NCBI GenBank assembly: GCA_020723305.1
Contig: DYJC01000003.1
Coordinates: forward strand, 270,418-334,417
Source of the DNA: Desulfosudis oleivorans
GTDB lineage: Bacteria > Desulfobacterota > Desulfobacteria > Desulfobacterales > SURF-7
Direction of reading: 5' to 3'
DNA length: 64,000 nucleotides
Below the pieces are notes generated by a model. That model ran no database searches. It was not told where the DNA came from and worked only from the letters and a program-made list of their open reading frames with translations. Below, one piece after another: positions 46,822-54,033 of this stretch; position 1 is the stretch's first letter; each line of letters starts with the position of its first letter. The position numbers and the translations under genes are program-made.

Positions 46822-49800
46822 ATGGCATTACGAATCAATACCAACGTATCGGCGTTGAACGCCCACAAAAACATGCTTAAGAATGATGGCTTGCTGTCAT
46901 CTTCACTGGAGAAGCTGTCTTCCGGTCTGCGCATCAACAAGGCAGCCGATGATGCTTCGGGCATGGCCATCGCTGATTCCCTCAAATCCCAGGCAATGAG
47001 TCTGGGCCAGGCCATCCGGAACGCCAATGACGGAATAAACATTGTGCAGACCGCTGATGCCGCCCTGGAAGAATCCATTAACATTGTCAACACGATTAAA
47101 ACCAAGGCCATCCAGGCAGCCCAGGACGGTCAGACGACCGATTCCCGGAAAGCCATTCAGGCGGATATCACCAAACTGATGGAAGAATTGGATATCATTG
47201 CCAAGACGACGGCTTTTAACAACCAGAAACTGCTGTTCGGTAATTTTACCAACAAGAAGTTTCAGGTGGGCGCCTATTCCGGAGAGACGGTCAATATTTC
47301 CATCGCCTCTTCCCAGTCCACCAAAATCGGTCATGTCACCACCGGTAAGCTGGCGCTAACCGGCGACCAGGCCGGTTCCGTGGAGCTGGCCATTTACAGC
47401 AACCTGCAGAACAGAAGTTTCCTGGTCGAGTCCACCAACGTTCAGTACAACAACTCCCGGGAAAACAGCCTGGGTGCGTTGGCGGACGCCATCAACAAAC
47501 TGAGTGATGTTCTGGGTATTTCCGCATCGGCCAAGGTGGAAAGCAAGACCGTTCTCAATATTGCCGGCGGCACCACGGATACGGATTTTGCTATCAACGG
47601 CGTCAACATCGGACAGTTGAATGTTGTGGCCAATGACGCGGATGGCGCCCTGGTCAAGGCCATCAACCAGAAAACCTCCCAGCACGGTGTCGTTGCCAGC
47701 GTGGACAACGCCGGCTTTATGACCATGACATCCACCGACCAGAGAGCCCTGGAGGTCAGTTACAGCAGTGCGGTCGGCAGCGGTCTTGGTACCGATGCCA
47801 TTTTCAGGGGAACCAACATGAGTACCTTTGGTTATATAACCCTCAATCAGGAAGGTTCGGCTGAAATTCAGGTCCTTGATGTAGGCGACGGCGGGGTTGT
47901 GGCCATTTCCAGTGATCTGGAAACCTCCGGCACTACCACCACCACCATCGACTCCACCCTGGGCACCGGGTCCACACTAGCCCAGAACTCTATCCTGGGT
48001 GCCGGTTGGACAGCCGATCAGAACATCACCGGAGGGACTTTTTCTTCTGCCATCACCACCACCCAGACATCCACCCTGGTCAGCGGTTCAGCCCTTGGTC
48101 AGAATTCGGTTCTGGGTGCGGGTACGGTTATCGGCGCCAGTTCGACATTCGGCGGCAATGGCCGGGTTGAGGAAGTGGCCAACACCACCGGTTCCAGTAC
48201 CATCGTCACCAGTTCCATCCTCCAGGCCGGTACGGTGCTGAATATTTCCTCCAGTGAGCAAATTCAGTCGGATATGACCATTGCCGCTTCCAGTACGGCG
48301 ACTTCCGCGAGTACCCTTGTCAGCGGCTCGATTTTGGCCATTGGCACGGTCCTGGCCTCCGGGCAAGGGCTCACCAGCGGACTTTCCGGCGTGGCCCTGA
48401 CTATCGGCGCCACGGGCGTGGCTGCCGGCGCATCCGTACTTGGCTCCGGTGCTACATTGGCGTTGGGAACGGTACTGGCTTCCGGGCAATCTCTCACCAG
48501 CGGTCTTTCCGGCGTGGCGTTGACCATCGGCGCCACCGGCATAGCGGAAGGGCTATCTGTCTTAGGTTCCGGCGCAACACTGGCATTGGGTACGGTTCTG
48601 GCTTCCGGGCAAGGGCTCACCAGCGGTCTCTCCGGCGTGGCCTTGACCATCGCCGCAACAGGAGTGGCTGCGGGCGTTTCCGTTGTCGGTTCCGGCGCCA
48701 CCCTGGCTATCGGCACGGTTCTGGCTGCCGGCGCTACCCTGACCAGCGGTCTGGCTCAGACCGTCCAGATTGACACCACAACCACCAGCCTGTCCACTTC
48801 CGGTTCGACCGGCAGCGTACTGGCCGTGGGCACCAGGTTGATCGCAGGTCACACGACCCAGTATAATACAACCATTAGTGATACCGCCGCCACCACCAGC
48901 AGCAGCACTGTGGCCGCTAACAGTACTCTGGCCAACGGTACGGTGATCGGATCGGGCACGATATTCACGCAGGATATCAATACCACCAGCGGTGTTCTCA
49001 CCGCCGGTACGGCTGTTGTAGGAACAGCCACCCTATCCGGTGCCCAGACCCTGACGGCAGACAACACACTGCAAGGCGGCAGCCGCTTCATCAACGGTAC
49101 GGTTCTCGCCAGCGGTTCCTCCGTAGATACGGCCATCACCCTGACCTCGGCCATCACTACTACAGCGGCCTATGTTTTGGAAGCTGGGACCGTGATCGGT
49201 AGAGGTACTGATTTCACCGCCGGCTCCTCCATTGGCGGGGCAGCCACCCTCTTGACAGCGGAAACCCTTGCTGTTGCATCGGCCTACACCATGGCCTCCG
49301 GCCATAGCTTCGGCAGCGGGTCCATCATTGGTGTGGCCACCACAGAAGGCGGCTCCGGATATCTGGGCGTGGATGCTACCCTCATTGCCGCAGCCACCAT
49401 CAGCACCGCCGGTGCTGTAACCCTGGTGTCAGGCCATAGCTTCGGCAGCGGGTCCATCATTGGTACGGCCACCACAGCAGGCGGCTCCGGATATCTGGGT
49501 GTGGATGCTACCCTCATTGCCGCAGCCACCATCAGTACCGCCGGTGCTGTAACCTTGGTGACCGGCCACAGCTTCGGCAGCGGTTCCATCGTTGGTACAG
49601 CTACCACCGCCGGCGGTTCCGGGTACTTTGGTGTGGATGTTACCCTCATTGCCGCAGCCACGATTGGCGAAGACACGTTGGTGATCGGTCATGTCTTTGG
49701 CGCCGGCACTTTCCTGGAAAGCGGCACAACGGTCGGTACAGCCATCACCCTGCAGAACACCGCCACCCTTGGCGGCGATATGACCCTGAGTGCCGGGTCA

Positions 49801-50709
49801 ACGATTGCCGACGGCAGCGTGCTGCAGACCGGTTCCATCCTGTCCAATGACGCTACACTGTCATCCGGCATGACCCTGGTCAACGCCATGACCCTGAACA
49901 GTGACATGGATCTGGCATCCGGAAGTGTAATCCAGAACAATATTGGTACCTTGATTGCAGCAGGTTCGCTTGTCGGCGGTGATGCCACCCTGGCGTCCGA
50001 TCTGGAACTGGTAGGAGATCTGGACCTTGCAACCGGTTCCACCATCGGCAGCGGTTCGGTTCTGGTGAATGGATCGACTCTTGGCGGTGCTATCACCCTG
50101 GCCAACGCTGAAACCGTAAGCGGAGACGGCGGCATGAACCTGGCTGGGGGATCTTCCCTGGCCGCAGGCAGCGTGATCGCTAAAGGCACCTACCTGACCA
50201 ATAACATTGTTGCCTCAGATGGTAAGACATACACCACCGGTACGGTGCTGACCGACAATATCACCACATCGGGTGTTAACAGCATTACCGTGGAGATGAG
50301 TCTGCAGGAAGGTTCGGTTCTGGCGGCAGGCAGTGTTCTGGGTGCCAACCAGAGCTCCGGATCGGTCACGACCGATATAACCGACACTGAGTTGAATCGG
50401 CTCTCAAATGTGAGTGTACTCACTCAGGAATCGGCACAGAAAACCATTGCCATTGCAGATGCAGCGTTGAAAGATCTGGACAAGGTCAGGGCGGATCTTG
50501 GTTCTACTCAGAATCAATTGAATTCGACCATTGCCAATATCACAACCACAACCGTCAATGTAAAGGCTGCGGAATCCAGTATCCGTGAGGTGGATTTTGC
50601 AGATGAAGCATCAAACTTTACAAAGATGCAGGTTTTGATGCAGGCCAGCACATTCGCACTGGCCCAGGCCAATGCAACCTCTCAGCAGATACTGAGTCTT
50701 CTTCAATAA
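46822..50709 (+). CDS. Giant flagellin (1295 aa)
   Basis: Canonical N-terminus MALRINTNVSALNAHKNM...LSSGLRINKAADDASGMAIAD and C-terminus LGSTQNQLNSTIANITTTTVNVKAAESSIREVDFADEASNFTKMQVLMQASTFALAQANATSQQILSLLQ. An enormous Gly/Ser/Thr/Ala/Val/Leu-rich insert lies between them. fliD, fliS and flaG follow. Confidence 0.95.
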   Translation: MALRINTNVSALNAHKNMLKNDGLLSSSLEKLSSGLRINKAADDASGMAIADSLKSQAMSLGQAIRNANDGINIVQTADAALEESINIVNTIKTKAIQAAQDGQTTDSRKAIQADITKLMEELDIIAKTTAFNNQKLLFGNFTNKKFQVGAYSGETVNISIASSQSTKIGHVTTGKLALTGDQAGSVELAIYSNLQNRSFLVESTNVQYNNSRENSLGALADAINKLSDVLGISASAKVESKTVLNIAGGTTDTDFAINGVNIGQLNVVANDADGALVKAINQKTSQHGVVASVDNAGFMTMTSTDQRALEVSYSSAVGSGLGTDAIFRGTNMSTFGYITLNQEGSAEIQVLDVGDGGVVAISSDLETSGTTTTTIDSTLGTGSTLAQNSILGAGWTADQNITGGTFSSAITTTQTSTLVSGSALGQNSVLGAGTVIGASSTFGGNGRVEEVANTTGSSTIVTSSILQAGTVLNISSSEQIQSDMTIAASSTATSASTLVSGSILAIGTVLASGQGLTSGLSGVALTIGATGVAAGASVLGSGATLALGTVLASGQSLTSGLSGVALTIGATGIAEGLSVLGSGATLALGTVLASGQGLTSGLSGVALTIAATGVAAGVSVVGSGATLAIGTVLAAGATLTSGLAQTVQIDTTTTSLSTSGSTGSVLAVGTRLIAGHTTQYNTTISDTAATTSSSTVAANSTLANGTVIGSGTIFTQDINTTSGVLTAGTAVVGTATLSGAQTLTADNTLQGGSRFINGTVLASGSSVDTAITLTSAITTTAAYVLEAGTVIGRGTDFTAGSSIGGAATLLTAETLAVASAYTMASGHSFGSGSIIGVATTEGGSGYLGVDATLIAAATISTAGAVTLVSGHSFGSGSIIGTATTAGGSGYLGVDATLIAAATISTAGAVTLVTGHSFGSGSIVGTATTAGGSGYFGVDVTLIAAATIGEDTLVIGHVFGAGTFLESGTTVGTAITLQNTATLGGDMTLSAGSTIADGSVLQTGSILSNDATLSSGMTLVNAMTLNSDMDLASGSVIQNNIGTLIAAGSLVGGDATLASDLELVGDLDLATGSTIGSGSVLVNGSTLGGAITLANAETVSGDGGMNLAGGSSLAAGSVIAKGTYLTNNIVASDGKTYTTGTVLTDNITTSGVNSITVEMSLQEGSVLAAGSVLGANQSSGSVTTDITDTELNRLSNVSVLTQESAQKTIAIADAALKDLDKVRADLGSTQNQLNSTIANITTTTVNVKAAESSIREVDFADEASNFTKMQVLMQASTFALAQANATSQQILSLLQ
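48322..48756 (+). repeat. In-frame 123-bp (41-codon) tandem repeat, about 3.5 units, inside the flagellin gene
   Basis: The unit anchor GGN ACG GTN CTG GCY KCC GGS recurs at 48343, 48466, 48589 and 48712, an exact 123-nt spacing. The protein unit is GTVLASGQGLTSGLSGVALTIGATGVAAGASVLGSGATLAL. Confidence 0.9.
49294..49695 (+). repeat. In-frame 132-bp (44-codon) tandem repeat, about 3 units, inside the flagellin gene
   Basis: GGCCAYAGCTTCGGCAGCGG occurs at 49300, 49432 and 49564. Units 1 and 2 differ at 8 of 132 nt by manual alignment. The protein unit is SGHSFGSGSIIGTATTAGGSGYLGVDATLIAAATISTAGAVTLV. Confidence 0.9.
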
Positions 50710-50737
50710 CTCGCTGATTAATTGAAACCTTTAACCA

Positions 50738-50769
50738 GGGCCCTGGAAATTTTCCAGGGCCCTTTTTTT
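50738..50769 (+). terminator. Rho-independent terminator of the flagellin gene
   Basis: GGGCCCTGGaa-att-ttCCAGGGCCC gives a 9-11-bp GC-rich stem followed by T7. It begins 29 nt after the stop codon. Confidence 0.8.
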
Positions 50770-50771
50770 AT

Positions 50772-50799
50772 TCAAGTTTTTTTCATATTCTGCCGATGG
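50772..50799 (+). promoter_or_regulatory. Sigma28 (FliA)-like promoter of fliD
   Basis: TCAAGTTT-N12-GCCGATGG, compared with the consensus TAAAGTTT-N11-GCCGATAA. It lies directly after the flagellin terminator. Confidence 0.45.
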
Positions 50800-50813
50800 T
50801 ACTTAATAGGGGG

Positions 50814-50877
50814 TGGCCGGTTTGCCCGTTGGCCCGTTGGCCGGTTGGCCGGTTGGCTCGTTGGCTGGTTGGTTGGG
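50814..50877 (+). repeat. Eight tandem octamers (TGGCCGGT-like) in the fliD 5' leader
   Basis: The units are tggccggt ttgcccgt tggcccgt tggccggt tggccggt tggctcgt tggctggt tggttggg. They are contiguous with an 8-nt period. The array is non-coding and lies between the putative promoter and the fliD RBS. Confidence 0.85.
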
Positions 50878-50907
50878 TTCCGCAGAGGTTAAAATCAGGA
50901 GATCTGT

Positions 50908-52614
50908 ATGGCTTCTTTAGGCAGTGTGACAAGTCTCGGTGTGGGTTCAGGATTTGAACTTCAGCAGATGCTGGAGGATTTTCGAAAAATCGATGAAAAG
51001 CCCATTGATGCCATGAAAGATGAGATCAAGGTTATCGAAGAGCGGCTGACCAAATATGATGAAGTGCAAGCAAAGCTGATTGCGGTAAAGTCACATGCCC
51101 TGACCTTGTCTCTAGAATCCAATTTTCTGGAGCGGACCGTTGCCAGTTCCGATGAAGATATTGCTTCGGCTACTGTTCTTTCCGGAGCCACGGTGACCTC
51201 GAATGCGATTGAGATACTTCGTATGGCAACCAAGAGTTCCTGGCAGACGGCAGGGGTGGCTAGTACGGACACATCAACCTATATCCCCACCAGTCAGGAG
51301 TCGACAACCGGATTCAGCAGCGCAGATTCATCCTCGGTTTTAGATGAAGAAGAAGTCATGAGCATTACTTACGGCTCAGGCGATTCGGTTCGAACGATCA
51401 GCATGATCCTTCCCCAGGGCTCAACGCTGAACGATATCGTGGATTCGATCAATTCGGATTCAAGCAATCAGGATGGGCTTGGCGGAAAGTATGTAACCGC
51501 TTCCACCTTTCAGGGAGAGGATGACCTGTATTATCTTAGGATTGCGTCTTCTGCCGAAGGCAGCACCGAGGCGAACCGCGTCATGGTTACCGTGCAGCCG
51601 GAAGATTTTCAATTCAAGGCACCGGCTGTTGAATTTTCCTATACGCTGGGTGACGGTGAGGCGGTTGCTGTTTCCGTTGAGGCAGACACCACGTTTAATG
51701 AACTCGCAGATCTCATCAACAGTGATGTAAAAAATGCCGGGATTACGGCAAAGGTGATCAACGACGGCAGCAAGGATAATCCGTACCGGCTGGTTCTGAC
51801 CGCCAATCAGACCGGCGAGGACAACCGGATAACCATCAGCGGCATGCAGATGATCGAAGTCCAGGGTGCGGAAGGTGCCTCTCTGAATGCCGAGATCAGC
51901 GTTGACGGTGTTCTTTATCAGCGTCAGGTGAATACGGAAATCAGTGATATCATCCAGGGCGTCAAACTGACACTGGAGGGTGTGGGAGAGGTGAACATCA
52001 CAACATCGGCAGATGATGAACTGGTGAGAACCGAGATCATAGAAATGATTAAAGCCTACAATGAAGCGATCCAGGAGATCCGAAACCACAGCGGGTATGA
52101 TGCGGAAACGGAAGAATGGGGACTTCTTGCAACTTCTTATGGCATCAAAGGACTGCCGACCGAGTTGAACAGCATTATAAGTACAATGATCCAAACCAAT
52201 ACGGGTATTCAAAGTCTGTTTGATCTGGGTGTGGAGATCAACCGGGATGGAACCATCACAATTGATGAAGAAGCCCTGGACATCGCGATCGCAGCAAACC
52301 GTGAGGATCTGGCAGGCTTTTTTGTTACAGATGAGGATACCGGCCGTCTTGGATTGGGGGATATTCTAAATGAAAAGTTACGGAATCTGACCAGTTCCAC
52401 CGGTGTGATACAAACGGAAACGGATTTTTCCGAAAATGAACTATCCCAGTTGGAGAAAGATATCGAGGATTCCACAGCCCGTCTGGATAAGCGATATGAT
52501 CTTCTTGCCCGGCGTTTTGTGGAACTGGATATGTATATCGGGCAGATGAATGCACAGGCAACTTATCTCACGAGTGTTTTCAGCAGCGCTGAATCCTCGG
52601 GCAATAAAAACTGA
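50908..52614 (+). CDS. fliD: Flagellar filament cap protein FliD (hook-associated protein 2)
   Basis: N-terminus SLGVGSGFELQQMLEDFRKIDEKPIDAM and C-terminal coiled coil RYDLLARRFVELDMYIGQMNAQATYLTSVF. AGGAG RBS upstream. Confidence 0.9.
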   Translation: MASLGSVTSLGVGSGFELQQMLEDFRKIDEKPIDAMKDEIKVIEERLTKYDEVQAKLIAVKSHALTLSLESNFLERTVASSDEDIASATVLSGATVTSNAIEILRMATKSSWQTAGVASTDTSTYIPTSQESTTGFSSADSSSVLDEEEVMSITYGSGDSVRTISMILPQGSTLNDIVDSINSDSSNQDGLGGKYVTASTFQGEDDLYYLRIASSAEGSTEANRVMVTVQPEDFQFKAPAVEFSYTLGDGEAVAVSVEADTTFNELADLINSDVKNAGITAKVINDGSKDNPYRLVLTANQTGEDNRITISGMQMIEVQGAEGASLNAEISVDGVLYQRQVNTEISDIIQGVKLTLEGVGEVNITTSADDELVRTEIIEMIKAYNEAIQEIRNHSGYDAETEEWGLLATSYGIKGLPTELNSIISTMIQTNTGIQSLFDLGVEINRDGTITIDEEALDIAIAANREDLAGFFVTDEDTGRLGLGDILNEKLRNLTSSTGVIQTETDFSENELSQLEKDIEDSTARLDKRYDLLARRFVELDMYIGQMNAQATYLTSVFSSAESSGNKN

Positions 52615-52655
52615 TCCTAATCAATGATTAAATAAGGTAAAAAAGGAGACCACGA

Positions 52656-53165
52656 ATGACATCATGTACCGGATATGATACGTATCGAAGTACCCATTTT
52701 GAAGGCATGGATCCGAAGAGGCTTATCCTGATGTTGTATGATGGGGCCTTAAAATATATTCGGATCGCAAAAGAGGGGATTGAGCAGGGGGATGTTCAGA
52801 AAAGAGGAGAAAATATAGGCAGGGTTATCGCCATTGTTGCGGAACTGAACGCCTGCCTGGATATCAGTATTCAGGATGATTCCGTTGAATTTCTGAGAGG
52901 GTTGTATACCGCCATCCTGGTGGAGCTGCCAAAGGTATCTATCCATAATGATGTAAAAATACTGGATCGGTCATATTCTTATATCGCCAGGCTGAAGGAG
53001 ATCTGGGAAAAAAATGTGATGGGAATTCAAGACAAAAAAGAGGTCACCATACCTTATGTGGAGGACAAACCAAAGGAAGAACCGGTATCCAGTATAAGGT
53101 ACTCAGGCAGATCAATTAACAACTATGGTTCGTATAATGGAAAAAGCACATCGATTTCTGTTTAA
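52656..53165 (+). CDS. fliS: Flagellin-specific export chaperone FliS
   Basis: Core LILMLYDGALKYIRIAKEGIEQGDVQKRGENIGRVIAIVAELNACLD. It carries an unusually long C-terminal tail. Confidence 0.85.
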   Translation: MTSCTGYDTYRSTHFEGMDPKRLILMLYDGALKYIRIAKEGIEQGDVQKRGENIGRVIAIVAELNACLDISIQDDSVEFLRGLYTAILVELPKVSIHNDVKILDRSYSYIARLKEIWEKNVMGIQDKKEVTIPYVEDKPKEEPVSSIRYSGRSINNYGSYNGKSTSISV

Positions 53166-53171
53166 AAGGAA

Positions 53172-53552
53172 ATGGTTATGATATTTTCGCCTAAAAAATT
53201 GTCGCTGGCTCTGGATCAGTATGAAGCCATGCAGTCCCTTCATCTGCAAGCAATTTCAGATTCCGGGAATCAGAGCCCGGATATGAGAATCCTGAATTTT
53301 GAAAGATCCAGGGCTTTTGAGGAACTTAAGAATCAGCTCAGATTTCATATCAAAGACTGGAATACAGATAACGATAATCTGGAAAACAAGGAATGCAGGT
53401 CAAGGCTGGAAAAGATCATCTGTAAGGAAAAATGCATCGCCGGACTGACCGCGGAATACCGGCAAAAATTGACACATCGGAAAAGACTGATCCAGCAGGG
53501 AATGAAAGCGCTCAGGGGGTATGGGAGAGCTTGCATTTCCGGATCTCCCTGA
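53172..53552 (+). CDS. Hypothetical helical protein in the filament operon (possible FliT/FlgN-like chaperone)
   Basis: 126 aa, predicted all-alpha, Gln/Glu/Lys-rich, between fliS and flaG. No motif is recognised, so the function is inferred from context only. Confidence 0.45.
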   Translation: MVMIFSPKKLSLALDQYEAMQSLHLQAISDSGNQSPDMRILNFERSRAFEELKNQLRFHIKDWNTDNDNLENKECRSRLEKIICKEKCIAGLTAEYRQKLTHRKRLIQQGMKALRGYGRACISGSP

Positions 53553-53600
53553 CAGGCATAAAATCAATGAAAAGAAAGGCAATTTGTAAAGGAGGTAGTT

Positions 53601-53936
53601 ATGGATGTGAATGGAGTAGAAGTAAAAAGGACATCAATCCCAAACATCTCAGAAGTGGATTCAAAAAGACAAGCCAATATCTATGAGGGAAAATCCGGGA
53701 CACAACCGGTTTCAGTCCGTGAAACCGAGGCGATCATAAAGTCACTGGAAAAATACATGGATGTATTGAAAACAAGCATCGGATTTCGTGTGGATACAAA
53801 GACGGATCGGGTGGTGGTCACCATTACCAATCAGGAAACCAATGAGGTGATCCGGCAGCTTCCTCCTGAGGAACTGATTTCTCTTCAGGAAAGAATGAAA
53901 GAATTGACCGGTATTATTTTCTCCGAGACGGTATAG
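53601..53936 (+). CDS. flaG: FlaG family flagellar protein
   Basis: C-terminal block DRVVVTITNQETNEVIRQLPPEELISLQERMKELTGIIF is the FlaG signature. Confidence 0.85.
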   Translation: MDVNGVEVKRTSIPNISEVDSKRQANIYEGKSGTQPVSVRETEAIIKSLEKYMDVLKTSIGFRVDTKTDRVVVTITNQETNEVIRQLPPEELISLQERMKELTGIIFSETV

Positions 53937-53968
53937 CAAAGGAGATGATTGCAGATTTTTTTAAGGAA

Positions 53969-54000
53969 GCATATACCAGAAGGAGTGGTATGCCTTTTTT
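53969..54000 (+). terminator. Probable intrinsic terminator after flaG
   Basis: GCATA(ta)CC-agaaggagt-GGTATGC is a bulged 7-bp stem. It is followed by C and T6. Confidence 0.4.
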
Positions 54001-54033
54001 GATGCCGGAATGGTAATCCGTATCCGATTTCCA

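Noticed and set aside
48322-49695. The regular 123-bp and 132-bp repeats, considered as a possible CRISPR array or non-coding satellite.
   Set aside because: The periods are multiples of 3 and in frame with the flagellin ORF. There are no unique spacers alternating with short conserved repeats, and no cas genes are present.
46815-50423. Many long minus-strand and alternate-frame ORFs inside the flagellin gene, for example 48264-48716(-), 49284-49676(-), 49689-50189(-), 48849-49157(-) and 46903-47334(-).
   Set aside because: They lie wholly inside a gene with unmistakable flagellin termini. They are Ala/Pro/Val/Thr-rich mirror translations of GC-rich repetitive codons, which rarely generate antisense stops. 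They have no RBS and no recognisable domains.
50814-50877. The octamer array read as overlapping sigma54 (-24 TGGC / -12 TTGC) promoters.
   Set aside because: The GG-to-GC offsets available in the array (9 or 16-17 nt) do not match the 12-nt offset required by TGGCAC-N5-TTGC. No enhancer-binding protein gene is nearby.
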